NCBI GenBank assembly: GCA_039803205.1
Contig: JBDRYB010000002.1
Span: 56,880-120,879 of the forward strand
Direction of reading: 5' to 3'
DNA: 64,000 bases
DNA from: a candidate division WOR-3 bacterium
GTDB lineage: Bacteria; Hydrothermota; Hydrothermia; JBDRYB01
The notes under the pieces are model-generated. The model made no database searches and was not told the DNA's origin. It saw only the letters and a list, made by a program, of their open reading frames with translations. The position numbers and the translations under genes were made by a program. Within the stretch, counting starts at the first letter, position 1, and the number at the start of each line of letters is the position of its first letter. Positions 50,172-59,970 of this stretch are shown piece by piece.

Positions 50172-52034
50172 CTATTTGGATTTCCTTCTCCTCCTGCCCA
50201 CCCTTCTCCCTCTTTTACCCTGCCTGAACTGGTCCTTGTAGAAGAGAGGGGTATCTTGCGGAACAGAGGCTTTAAGCTCATCAGCCTTCGCCTCAAAGGC
50301 CGCGAGCTCGCGCTCAAAAGGCCCCCAAAACTCGTGCAGGACATCCTGCCAGGAGATCTCACCCTCCTCTACTCTGTCAAGGTCCTCCTCCATCTTGGCA
50401 GTGAAATCCTCCCTGAATACCTCAGAAAAATTGGGAGTGAGGATGTCAGAGACAAGGATTCCCAAGGGGGTTGCGACCAGCGCTCGCTTTTCTCTCTGCG
50501 CGTATCCCCTGAGAAACAGGGTTGAGACGATAGTAGCGTATGTTGAGGGCCTTCCTATGCCTTTTTCCTCAAGGGTTTTTATCAGGGACGCCTCCGTGAA
50601 CCTGGGCGGGGGCTCGGTCTCCCTTTCCTCGGTCTCAAGGCTGAGCAATTTCAGTATATCACCTGGTTTCATGATGGGCAAAGGTTCTGCCTTTACCTCC
50701 TCACCCGTTATCCTGTAGAAACCCTCAAAAAGGAGCTTCCTCCCGGCCGCTTGGAATGTAATCTCAGGAAGCCCATCGGGATGCAATTTCGCTGAATAAG
50801 TCTCAAATAGCGCATCCTTGGCCTGGCTAGCGACGGCCCTCCTCCAGATTATGCTGTAGATTCTGAACTGATCCTCGGAAAGGTGGCCCCTTATGCTCTC
50901 AGGGGTGCGTCTGGGATCCGTTGGTCTTATGCACTCGTGCGCGGCCTGAACCCCTTTGGCTTTATCCTGATAAACCCTGGGTTTCTCCGAGAGAAAGGCC
51001 TCCCCCCATGTCTCTGAAATCAAATCCCTTATCTCCTTGACTGCCTTATCCGCCATCCTGACCGAATCCGTCCTCATGTAAGTTATGAGGCCAGTTCTCC
51101 CCTCAGGCAGATCGACGCCTTCATAGAGGCTTTGGGCTATGGACATGGTCTTCGCGGGGCTGAATCCGAAAATGTTTGAGGCCTCCTGCTGAAGGGTGCT
51201 TGTCTTGTGGGGAGGCGGAGGCGAGGACTTCCTCTTTGCCACCCTAAACTCGTCAACAATGAAGTTTCTCTTCCCTATCCTCTCAGCCATCTCTTTGGCC
51301 TCTGAGAAGTTCTTTATGCGCTCAGGGTGCCTTGCCTGAAACCTGGCCTTTTTGTGTTCCAGCTCAGCCACCAGTATCCAGTATTTTTCGGGAACAAATG
51401 CCTTTATCTCCTTCTCCCTGTCCACCAGCATTTTCAACGCGACGGTCTGAACCCTGCCAGCAGAAAGACCCCCGCGGATTATCTTCCACAGGAATGGAGA
51501 GACCTTATAGCCAACCAATCTATCAAGTATGCGCCTTGCCTGTTGACTGTTGACCTTGCGCATGTCTATATCGGTCGGGTTGGCCATGGCCCTCTGAACC
51601 TCCTCCCTTGTTATCTCGTAAAAGAGAACCCTTTTTATGGGAGCCTGGGTGTATTTTGATATGTCCTCAGCAATGTGATAGGCTATTGCCTCACCCTCAC
51701 GGTCAGGGTCGGTTCCCATGAATATCTGGCTGGCGTTCTGCGCGGCTTCCCTCAGGGCCTTCAGTATCCCTGCTTTTCCTCTTACCACGATGTATTTGGG
51801 TTCAAAGTTGTTCTCTATCTCAACCCCAAGAGCGCTCTTCGGAAGATCAATAAGGTGGCCCTGAGAAGCGAGAATCTGGTAATCCTTTCCCAGGTATCCG
51901 CTGAGGGTGTGGGCCTTTGTCGGGGACTCAACTATGAGGAGCTTTTTCCTGTCGGCGGCGCCACCCTTGGGCTTCTTTATGCCGGTTGGCAATCTCGGCG
52001 AAGACCTTCTCTTTCTCGTCGGTATGCCAGCCAT
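50172..52034 (-). CDS. topA: Type IA DNA topoisomerase
   Basis: IVESPTKA, TDPDREGEAI, SAGRVQ, LITYMRTDS, AHECIRPT, GIGRPSTY. Confidence 0.97.
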   Translation of the reverse strand: MAGIPTRKRRSSPRLPTGIKKPKGGAADRKKLLIVESPTKAHTLSGYLGKDYQILASQGHLIDLPKSALGVEIENNFEPKYIVVRGKAGILKALREAAQNASQIFMGTDPDREGEAIAYHIAEDISKYTQAPIKRVLFYEITREEVQRAMANPTDIDMRKVNSQQARRILDRLVGYKVSPFLWKIIRGGLSAGRVQTVALKMLVDREKEIKAFVPEKYWILVAELEHKKARFQARHPERIKNFSEAKEMAERIGKRNFIVDEFRVAKRKSSPPPPHKTSTLQQEASNIFGFSPAKTMSIAQSLYEGVDLPEGRTGLITYMRTDSVRMADKAVKEIRDLISETWGEAFLSEKPRVYQDKAKGVQAAHECIRPTDPRRTPESIRGHLSEDQFRIYSIIWRRAVASQAKDALFETYSAKLHPDGLPEITFQAAGRKLLFEGFYRITGEEVKAEPLPIMKPGDILKLLSLETEERETEPPPRFTEASLIKTLEEKGIGRPSTYATIVSTLFLRGYAQREKRALVATPLGILVSDILTPNFSEVFREDFTAKMEEDLDRVEEGEISWQDVLHEFWGPFERELAAFEAKADELKASVPQDTPLFYKDQFRQGKRGRRVGRRRRKSK

Positions 52035-52125
52035 AAGGGGCAAATGATAAAGGAAGTTTCTGGCTGAGCGCAAGTTCGGATTCAGAATCTCCAAATCGCA
52101 CTCAACTTGCGCACGGCCATATCAT

Positions 52126-52692
52126 ATGCAACCTAAAGTGCACCTTAGAAAGGCAATTCACGCCCTATCCGGCCTAATCGGCATAGGGGTTCTCGTTTTC
52201 CCCAAACCCGCAATGGTGGCACTTTGCTCGTGCGGGCTTGCGCTCGCGGGGCTCATTGATATAATAAGGCTCAGATGGGGATTCAGGGGGCCGATAAAGG
52301 GGCTCTCCCGTCTCTTCAAAGAAAAGGAAGGCCAAACCATATCCGGATCAACCGCTCTCCTTGCCAGCTACCTGTTTCTCGTAGCGTTGTTTCCTGCCCC
52401 GGCCGCGGCTTTCGCTATTTTGTTCTTCTCGCTCGGCGACCCCCTCGCATCCCTTTTCGGCAAATACTTCCCCATATGGAGATTCAGGGAGAAGAGCGTG
52501 GGTGGGGCACTTGCTTTTATCCTCGTGGGGCTTGCCCTGAGCGCGACTTTACCCGGCTTGAGCTTTTGGATTAAAATATGCGCCTCGGTTATCGGAGCCT
52601 TGGCCGAGTTTCTGGCCGGGGATGTGGATGATAACCTGACGGTGCCAATAGCTGTCGGGGTAATTATGCTTGTTGCTAACAAGGTTTTCTAG
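52126..52692 (+). CDS. CTP-dependent polyprenol/diacylglycerol kinase family membrane protein
   Basis: RKAIH, GDPLASLFG, KSVGG, DDNLTVP. Confidence 0.85.
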   Translation: MQPKVHLRKAIHALSGLIGIGVLVFPKPAMVALCSCGLALAGLIDIIRLRWGFRGPIKGLSRLFKEKEGQTISGSTALLASYLFLVALFPAPAAAFAILFFSLGDPLASLFGKYFPIWRFREKSVGGALAFILVGLALSATLPGLSFWIKICASVIGALAEFLAGDVDDNLTVPIAVGVIMLVANKVF

Positions 52693-52705
52693 GAGGTTAA
52701 CAGAA

Positions 52706-54757
52706 ATGAAGAGGTCGCTTCTTTATCTTGTTGGAACGATGATCGTCGGATGCACGCCAGGCTTGGTGAGGAACCCCGATCTCAGCCTGAAGTATCCTGA
52801 GGCCGCAAAAGCGAAGTCCTCTGAGATGAAGGAGGACTATTCCGGAGCTGAGCAGGCATACAAGAGCCTCGCGCAGAAAAACCTGCCCGGGATAGAGAGG
52901 TTCTGGGTCCTCGTGAACATGGCTGACCTATACTACGACAAGCTTGGCCAGCCGGAGAAGGCAGCTGAGGCACTTGAGGAGGCCGGAAAGATATTGCCCG
53001 AAAGAAATCCCCTCCAAGACGAGGTTCTTTATCGGAAAGGGCTTTGCCTTGAGATGATGGGGAAGACAGTTGACGCGGCAAAGGCCTTTGAGCAGGTTGC
53101 GACCCAGTTCAGACAGAGCCCGTGGTCCCAGGATGCCCTTGATGGGGTTGAGAGGGTCTTTGAGCGCAACTTCAAGGAGTATGCCGCGGCCATGGTTGAT
53201 CCCAGAACCGGGGATACCATTTACATAACGAAGCTACAGGTTGACAAGGCCCTTGACCAGATACCACCTATGTATCGCCCGAGGTATGAGACCCCTGAGG
53301 GAAAGGTGGAGCTGGTTGAGCGCTTGCTGGACGAGGAGCTGTCCCTCCTTGAGGGCGCGGTTCTCAGGCTGGACACCCTTCCTGATGTCATTAAGGAAAT
53401 AAAGAGGGCAAAGGTGAGCGCTCTCCAGAGGGTCTATTACACGGAGGAGATCCAGGCCAAGGTTGAGATAGCTGACAAGGAGATAAAGAAGTATTACATG
53501 GACCACAAGGAGGAGTTCAAACAGCCCGGTCAGGCAAGGGTCAAGAGGGTTGTCCTCAAGAGCCAGGATGAGGCAAACCAGGTTGCAGAAAGGATAAAGG
53601 CTGGCGAGAGCGTGGACTCCCTCGCTAACCAGATGACCCTCTTCAAACACGAGGCAGGCAGGGGTGGCGAGTTCATAGTCTATTCAACCCAGGACGCCTA
53701 CAAGCTCTTCTACGACGGCGTGATGGCGCTCAAGGACTCGGTCGGGGTCGTGCAGGTTGACGATACCCTCTGGGCCGCTGTCAGGGTTCTTGAGAAAAAG
53801 GAGCCCGGATACAAGACAGTGGATGAGGTGAGGTCCCAGATAATCCGCAATATCAGAAGCGACAAGGAGCGCGCCGCGTGGGATGCCAGGAAGGCCGATC
53901 TCAGAAAGAAATACGGCGTGAAGGTGATGATAGATACCCTCACCCAGGAGCTCCCTGAGACCCTCGCGGTGATAACCCTCATGGAAAGGGCTATAACCAA
54001 AAAGGACTTTGAGGACAAGCTCTCAGAGATACCCCCCATGTTCAAGGCTCGCTATGAGCAACCATCGGGCAGGCTCATGCTGGTGGAGAACATGATTGAT
54101 GAGATAATCGTCACTGCTGACGCGAACGAGAAGAAGATGTATCTGAAGTCCTCTGTTGTGTCTGAAATGAACACTGCCAGGAAGAGGGCGCTCATGGGGG
54201 GCTATTACGCCACCCAGATAAGGGCAAATGTGCAGGTGAGCCAGGACGAGATAGCCAAGTATTACAAGGATCACAAGGAGGACTTCAGGGTTCCAGCACA
54301 GGTCAAGTGTCAGAGGATAGTTGTGAGGGACAAGAGGCAGGCGAACGAGGTCCTCGCTATGGTCAAGAAGGGGGATCTGAGCTTTGACTCCTTGGCCATA
54401 AAGTTCTCCATACTTCAGGGCGAGGCACGAAGGGGCGGCGAGGTCACGGTCTTTGAGAAGCAGGAACCCATCAACTTCTACAACGAGGTCTCAAAGAAGA
54501 AGGCCGGATGGCTTGGGATTGTCCCGTTCGCGGATACTGCTTGGGCTGTGGTGAAGGTGAAGGAGGTCCAGAAGGCGAGCTACAGGCCCCTTGAGGAGGT
54601 TTCCCCCCAGATAGAAAGGACAATAAGAGCCGAGAAGGAAAAGGACCTCGCTTTCAGGCGCAAAGACGAGCTCAAGAAGAAGTATTCGGTCGTGCTATAC
54701 ATAGAGCCAACCCAGGGGACAGAGGAAAGCCCCCAACCAACGCCACCGGAAAAGTAG
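52706..54757 (+). CDS. TPR + duplicated PpiC/SurA-type peptidyl-prolyl isomerase lipoprotein
   Basis: AGGAGG SD; IVGC lipobox; TPRs; two EIxKYYxDHKExF / LAxx(S/T)...GGE modules. Confidence 0.82.
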   Translation: MKRSLLYLVGTMIVGCTPGLVRNPDLSLKYPEAAKAKSSEMKEDYSGAEQAYKSLAQKNLPGIERFWVLVNMADLYYDKLGQPEKAAEALEEAGKILPERNPLQDEVLYRKGLCLEMMGKTVDAAKAFEQVATQFRQSPWSQDALDGVERVFERNFKEYAAAMVDPRTGDTIYITKLQVDKALDQIPPMYRPRYETPEGKVELVERLLDEELSLLEGAVLRLDTLPDVIKEIKRAKVSALQRVYYTEEIQAKVEIADKEIKKYYMDHKEEFKQPGQARVKRVVLKSQDEANQVAERIKAGESVDSLANQMTLFKHEAGRGGEFIVYSTQDAYKLFYDGVMALKDSVGVVQVDDTLWAAVRVLEKKEPGYKTVDEVRSQIIRNIRSDKERAAWDARKADLRKKYGVKVMIDTLTQELPETLAVITLMERAITKKDFEDKLSEIPPMFKARYEQPSGRLMLVENMIDEIIVTADANEKKMYLKSSVVSEMNTARKRALMGGYYATQIRANVQVSQDEIAKYYKDHKEDFRVPAQVKCQRIVVRDKRQANEVLAMVKKGDLSFDSLAIKFSILQGEARRGGEVTVFEKQEPINFYNEVSKKKAGWLGIVPFADTAWAVVKVKEVQKASYRPLEEVSPQIERTIRAEKEKDLAFRRKDELKKKYSVVLYIEPTQGTEESPQPTPPEK

Positions 54758-54784
54758 TCTTACTGGGTTTTAAGGGACGAGAAA

Positions 54785-55666
54785 ATGAGCATATTGGTTG
54801 ATGAGAACACGAGGGTTGTTATCCAGGGTATAACCGGAAGGGACGGTTCCTTTCACGCTAAGGCCATGTTGGACTATGGGACAAAGGTCGTCGCGGGTGT
54901 AACGCCCGGAAAGGGGGGCCAGAAGGTTGAGGGGATCCCAGTGTTCAACACCGTTGCTGAGGCAATAAGGGAAACCGGCGCCAACACATCCTGCATATTC
55001 GTTCCTGCTCCGGCTGGTTATGACGCCATACTTGAGGCCGCGGACGCCGGGGTAAAGCTCATCGTAGCCATAACAGAGGGCATCCCATCAGGGGACATGG
55101 AGAAGGCCATTCGGTTCCTGGATCAGAGGGGCGCAAAGCTTATAGGCCCAAACTGTCCAGGAATAATCTCCCCCGGAAAGGCAAAGGTCGGGATATTGCC
55201 GGGCCACATTTTCACCCCAGGGCCTGTTGGCCTCGTTTCCAGGTCAGGAACCCTCACATACGAGGTCGTTTCCCACCTTACAAATCAGGGACTCGGCCAG
55301 ACAACCGCGATAGGCATGGGAGGAGATCCCATAATTGGCCTGAAGTTCACGGATTACCTTGAGATGTTTGCGGCTGACCCTGAGACAGAGGCGGTTGTCA
55401 TAATCGGCGAGATAGGCGGGACTGATGAACAGGATGCCGCGCTCTACATAAAGGAGAACTTCAAGAAGCCAGTTGTTGCTTTCATAGCGGGAAGAACCGC
55501 GCCGCCCGAAAAGCGCATGGGCCACGCTGGGGCGATAATATCCGGGTCTGAAGGAACGGCTGAGGAAAAGATAAAGGCCTTTGCTGAGGCGGGCATTCCG
55601 ACAGCGGCACTCCCTGAGGAGGTCCCTCTTCTCCTCAAGGAAAGAATGAAAGCGAAGGGGCTTTGA
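54785..55666 (+). CDS. sucD: Succinyl-CoA synthetase alpha subunit
   Basis: [41 protein letters not shown]. Confidence 0.97.
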   Translation: MSILVDENTRVVIQGITGRDGSFHAKAMLDYGTKVVAGVTPGKGGQKVEGIPVFNTVAEAIRETGANTSCIFVPAPAGYDAILEAADAGVKLIVAITEGIPSGDMEKAIRFLDQRGAKLIGPNCPGIISPGKAKVGILPGHIFTPGPVGLVSRSGTLTYEVVSHLTNQGLGQTTAIGMGGDPIIGLKFTDYLEMFAADPETEAVVIIGEIGGTDEQDAALYIKENFKKPVVAFIAGRTAPPEKRMGHAGAIISGSEGTAEEKIKAFAEAGIPTAALPEEVPLLLKERMKAKGL

Positions 55667-56247
55667 TCTGGCTGATCCTCATCTCGGCAGATACCCTCGG
55701 ACCATGGTCTCAGGTCCAGGCTAAATATAACAAAGTTTTTTCTCTTTCCGCGTCCTTCATCGAATCAATCACATACTCAGAAGGATACTCTGAGCGCTAC
55801 GCGGGCAGGCTATACATAGAGCGCCCCGACAAGGTCCGCCTTGAGGCATACGAACCGGATACCCAGCTCATTGTCTCCGATGGCAAGATCGCTTGGCTTT
55901 ACCTCCCAAAATCAAAAGCCGCGATGCGCCAGCCGGTTTCAGAGGTATCAAAGGCATGCGACCCAAGACTGTTTCTCCTTGAGCGCCCACCGGGGTTCAG
56001 GGTCTCTTACCAGCTAAGGGATTCGGCCCATATCTACACATTCATCCCGCCTTCCGGTGATGTTTATCCGTATCAGAAGGTAATGGTGGAGCTGGGGCCA
56101 GGCCTGGATATAAGGGTTGTGTCCGTGGTTGATCCATTAGGTAATCTTTATGCCTTTGCTCTCAGGGACATCGTCCTGAATCCAGGCCTTAACCCCGAGC
56201 TCTTCAGGTTCACGCCACCAGAGGGAACGGAGATCTTCGGACAGTAG
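55663..56247 (+). CDS. lolA: Outer-membrane lipoprotein carrier LolA family
   Basis: [39 protein letters not shown]. Confidence 0.85.
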   Translation: MIWLILISADTLGPWSQVQAKYNKVFSLSASFIESITYSEGYSERYAGRLYIERPDKVRLEAYEPDTQLIVSDGKIAWLYLPKSKAAMRQPVSEVSKACDPRLFLLERPPGFRVSYQLRDSAHIYTFIPPSGDVYPYQKVMVELGPGLDIRVVSVVDPLGNLYAFALRDIVLNPGLNPELFRFTPPEGTEIFGQ

Positions 56248-56307
56248 GGATACAACGCAGGCGCCCTGTATTCGCAAATAGGGAGGATCCTGGTTTATAA
56301 TTTCTCC

Positions 56308-57435
56308 GTGCCAATAGCGATCTTGGTTATAGCGACAAGCCCTCGTCTCGCTCATGATCCAGGAGAACTCTGCAATCCCATGCTCTATATGAGCCCTGGA
56401 GCTGATACCTTTGATCTGAACGCCTTTATTGAGCGCGAGCTCTCTTGGAGGCCAGGCTATTGGCGCAGGGGTTTGGAGAATTCGCGGCTATATTGGCCCA
56501 TGATCTCCAGAAAGGTCAAGGATGCTGGACTCCCTGAGGAACTGGTTTGGCTCCCACTAATAGAGAGCGCTTTTGAGCCGCAGGCCCTTTCCAGAAAGGG
56601 CGCGCTCGGTCTTTGGCAATTCGTTCCCTCCACCGCAAAGGCAGAGGGCCTCGTGGTGAACATGTGGGTTGACGAGCGACTTGATCCCGTAAAATCAACG
56701 GACGCGGCCCTGAGACATTTGAGAAGCCTTTACGCGCTTTTCGGGGATTGGAACCTGGCGCTTGCCGCTTATAACGCTGGCTCAGGAAGGGTATGGTGGG
56801 CGCTTTATCAAGCCTCTCTCGGAGGAAAAAAGAGAAGGAGAAGGATTCCCAGGCAGGTCAAGGAGATGTGGCTCAGACAGGGGGATGTCTGGGACTTTTG
56901 GTTAGCGCAAGAGTATTTTCCAAAAGAAACGAGAAGGTATGTTCCCCTGTTTTACACTGGCCTCGCGGCTGTTGAGCGAGCGGGCCAGTTCGGGGTGAAC
57001 CTCTCAGACACCCTCTCATACCCACTTGCTTCTGACACCGTGCTGGTTGATTATCCCACGGATCTGGCTCTGGTCGCGGAATTGCTTGGTTTGCCAATAG
57101 ATTCAATATCACTTCGGAATCCGGAGCTCGCGGTCGGGCTTACGCCACCGGATACGCTTTGGCCCCTCAGGGTTCCGCCCGGAATGGGCCAGGGCCTTGA
57201 TTCGGCTTTGAAGACAATAGAACCAAGGGAAGTCACCATTTGGATAAGCTATAAGGCACAGAGGGGGGACAACCTCTGGAAACTGGCAAAGCGCTACGGA
57301 ACAACCCCCGAGCACCTCGCTGAGGTTAACGGACTTTCCCTCAAAAAGAAGCTCAGGCTTTATCAGAGATTGAAGATCCCGAAGAAGGTAAAAGCCCGGT
57401 CAAGGAGGGATGAAATATGCATGGGAAAGGGGTAA
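56308..57435 (+). CDS. mltD: MltD-like lytic transglycosylase with LysM
   Basis: IESAF, GLWQF, DERLDP, LAAYNAG, PKETRRYV, C-terminal LysM. Confidence 0.88.
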   Translation: MPIAILVIATSPRLAHDPGELCNPMLYMSPGADTFDLNAFIERELSWRPGYWRRGLENSRLYWPMISRKVKDAGLPEELVWLPLIESAFEPQALSRKGALGLWQFVPSTAKAEGLVVNMWVDERLDPVKSTDAALRHLRSLYALFGDWNLALAAYNAGSGRVWWALYQASLGGKKRRRRIPRQVKEMWLRQGDVWDFWLAQEYFPKETRRYVPLFYTGLAAVERAGQFGVNLSDTLSYPLASDTVLVDYPTDLALVAELLGLPIDSISLRNPELAVGLTPPDTLWPLRVPPGMGQGLDSALKTIEPREVTIWISYKAQRGDNLWKLAKRYGTTPEHLAEVNGLSLKKKLRLYQRLKIPKKVKARSRRDEICMGKG

Positions 57436-57778
57436 AAGAGACCCCGGCCGCACTTTTAATCCGTGGATCTTGAGGTTGTTGATCCAGTTGTCGCACTGGG
57501 ATGATAATATGGCTCTGAGGATGCGGTATCCCGAGAAAGCTTTCAGAAAGGCTTGCCGTGAAGCAGGAATCCGCGACTTTCGCTTTCACGATCTCAGACA
57601 CACATACGCGAGCTGGAAGGTTATGGATGGGGTTGACCTCAGGAGCGTGGCCGAATTGCTTGGCCATAGAACACTAGCCATGGTAATGCGCTATTCGCAC
57701 CTTTCCCCGGATCACCTGGACAAGATCAGGGAGAAGGGGGTTATGGTGAGATTGCAGCCAAAGGAGTTTAAGCTATGA
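57410..57778 (+). pseudogene. Tyrosine integrase C-terminal remnant
   Basis: FRFHDLRHTYAS, LLGH, RYSH catalytic motifs; N-terminal domains absent. Confidence 0.88.
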
Positions 57779-58764
57779 AAAAGGTAGTGCAGTTTTTGCA
57801 TCCTGGGCCGGAATACGAGGGAAAAGACTGGCATCCAGCAGATAAATCACACGGAAGGCGCTTTATTTTTACAAAGGGAAGGGTAAAAAACTCTCGCGGC
57901 CAATGGGAATGGCTTCCCGTAACGGCATGGGTGGAGTGGGAGGCAAACGCAAAACTTTATCCCAACCGGACTGTTGGGACAGCCATGCCCAAAAATATCC
58001 ACCTACCATACCTACCCAATAAGGGAATTCCAGGCCCAAAGGAACGGCACAGCACTGATCCATGCGTATTTGGTGATCGTTTCCTATATACGGTCTGCAG
58101 GCAGATCAACCGGAAAGGTAATCCCACTAAGATGCAAAGCCTTGAAGAAGGTTCGGTAATCCTGTTTGGCTCACGGATAAAATACCCGGACGGCTATCAT
58201 TTCGTGCTGGACACACTTTTTGTTGTGTCTGAGGATCGGGTTCACCACTCGCGTGAGAGCCAATTGAAACCCCCTGAAGTGCCCGACTGGTATTTCAAGT
58301 TGACCCTGGAGCAAGTATATGCCCTCCCCCATCGTTATACCCTATTAAAGGGCTATACCCCTGAGGAACAGCCTGAATTTTTCAGCTGGATACCCTGCAA
58401 GGTCTGCAATGATAGTGCTCCAGTGCCTTTTGAGAGGCCTAAGATAAAGTTGCGTGGTATCAGACCCAAAATGACGCAAGGTTTTTCTTTGCGCATAGCT
58501 ATGGAACCAAAAGAAGCCTGGGATGAGGTCGTTAGGCAGGTAAAGGAACAAGGCTGTGAATTATGTGCTGGTCTTGAAGTGCCCACAAACCAGCCCAATC
58601 CGCATTTTGAAAACCTGATGGAGAAGTTTCTGAGCGGTAAATGAGCTGTTAGTTATTTATTATTTTCCCTCGGCCACAGGACCCTTGCCATGGTAATGCG
58701 CTATTCTCACCTCTCCCCGGATCACCTGGACAAGGTCAGGGAGAAGGGGGTTATGGTGAGATTG
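57659..58764 (+). repeat. 96-bp imperfect direct repeat (57659-57754 and 58669-58764) encoding the integrase tail
   Basis: Manual alignment 88/96 identical; both copies read LGHRTLAMVMRYSHLSPDHLDK(I/V)REKGVMVRL. Confidence 0.92.
57775..58644 (+). CDS. Hypothetical cargo protein (289 aa)
   Basis: Intact, AT-richer ORF with AAGGAG SD, ATGA-coupled to the integrase tail. Confidence 0.75.
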   Translation: MKKVVQFLHPGPEYEGKDWHPADKSHGRRFIFTKGRVKNSRGQWEWLPVTAWVEWEANAKLYPNRTVGTAMPKNIHLPYLPNKGIPGPKERHSTDPCVFGDRFLYTVCRQINRKGNPTKMQSLEEGSVILFGSRIKYPDGYHFVLDTLFVVSEDRVHHSRESQLKPPEVPDWYFKLTLEQVYALPHRYTLLKGYTPEEQPEFFSWIPCKVCNDSAPVPFERPKIKLRGIRPKMTQGFSLRIAMEPKEAWDEVVRQVKEQGCELCAGLEVPTNQPNPHFENLMEKFLSGK

Positions 58765-58819
58765 AGCCCTTCAGAAGACTGAGGGCAAAGCTCGGCCTCT
58801 CAGCTCTATAATCTTGGCC

Positions 58820-59203
58820 ATGGATAAAGAGGTCGCAAATTGGCTAGCGGGCGCCAAGTATGACCTGGAGACAGCGGGCTCTCTTTATAGGAGCAAGAGA
58901 TACATCTATGTGGTCTTCATGTGCCACATGGCTATTGAGAAGGGATTCAAGGCGCTCGTCAGGCAGACAACCGGCAAAACCCCGCCGAAGATTCACGACC
59001 TCATTCGCCTGGCAGAAATGGGCGGTGTGGAACTTGAGCCTGAGACAAGAAAAACCCTTATTGACCTCAACAACATGGGGGTGGTCACCAGATACCCGGA
59101 TGACCTGGCAAAGCTGAGTAAGCTCATAACTAAAGAAAGGGCATCCTCCGTCCTCAGGTTCACCAGGAGGTTCATACCTTGGATAGAGAAACGCTTGAAA
59201 TAG
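58820..59203 (+). CDS. HEPN domain protein of a HEPN-MNT toxin-antitoxin pair
   Basis: AKYDLETA, CHMAIEKGFKA, PPKIHDL, TRYPD. Confidence 0.92.
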   Translation: MDKEVANWLAGAKYDLETAGSLYRSKRYIYVVFMCHMAIEKGFKALVRQTTGKTPPKIHDLIRLAEMGGVELEPETRKTLIDLNNMGVVTRYPDDLAKLSKLITKERASSVLRFTRRFIPWIEKRLK

Positions 59204-59511
59204 TCAAAAAACTTGCTGAGGCCCTCAGGGCAAAAGGCCTGAGGGTTGAAGGTATAGTTGTTTTCGGGTCAGCCCTCAGGGGCAATCTCAGCCCTGATAG
59301 CGATATTGACATAGCGGTTATCTCTCCTGATTTTGAGGGCCTTGACGCAATAGAGCGCATGAGGATCATCTCTGAGGCAAGAATAGAGGCACACCTTCTT
59401 CAGAGGGCCATGGACGCCTTCGGCTACACCCCTGAGGAGTTCCGAGAGGCTTCTGAGGGCACATTCCTCGGGGATGAGATAAAAGTAAAGGGAACCCTAA
59501 TTCCAGTCTGA
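59179..59511 (+). CDS. Minimal nucleotidyltransferase (MNT) antitoxin
   Basis: FGSALRG...DSDIDIAVIS, YTPEEF; overlaps the HEPN gene. Confidence 0.92.
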   Translation: MDRETLEIVKKLAEALRAKGLRVEGIVVFGSALRGNLSPDSDIDIAVISPDFEGLDAIERMRIISEARIEAHLLQRAMDAFGYTPEEFREASEGTFLGDEIKVKGTLIPV

Positions 59512-59622
59512 TTCTCAGCGAGATCAGTGAGGTCCAAATGGTCATTTTTCGGTCAGTTGGATTAACATTTGTATCCCTGAATTGGTTGTCAGAAAAGGGT
59601 TATACGGATTTGGGGTGTTAGC

Positions 59623-59660
59623 TTTTTAATCCGACGGCCGCAGGTTCAAGTCCTGCCGGG
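59623..59660 (+). other. att-like 3' fragment of tRNA-Lys
   Basis: TTTTTAATCCG identical to 31201-31211, then an intact T arm GCAGG-TTCAAGT-CCTGC; no 5' half. Confidence 0.75.
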
Positions 59661-59970
59661 GGTGTCCTCAAAACCCTACTCAAAACAGGGTTTTCACGGA
59701 TTAGAGCTTTCTCCCCAGAATCCCCCAATACCCCTAAAATACCCCAAAATTTGTCCACCAGAACCCCCGGCCTCAGAAACCAGCTCTCAGAGGCCGGAGG
59801 ATAACACAGAAGGGCTTTTGAGCCTTCAAGGGGAATAAATAAACCCTCCCGGAGGCCACGGAAACTCAGAGCCCCCGGCCCAGGCCCTTTGCATTCCCGG
59901 CCATGAGGCGGTTATTTTCCCGGAGCGGGCCGTTAAGGAGTGTTCAACTTGGAAAGTCTGGATTGGAGCG

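Noticed and set aside
31243-59622. Intact 28-kb prophage/ICE between the two att-like sites
   Set aside because: Contents are housekeeping/envelope genes; no phage structural or conjugation genes
59600-59665. Second functional tRNA-Lys
   Set aside because: No D arm or 5' acceptor strand; the anticodon stem cannot pair
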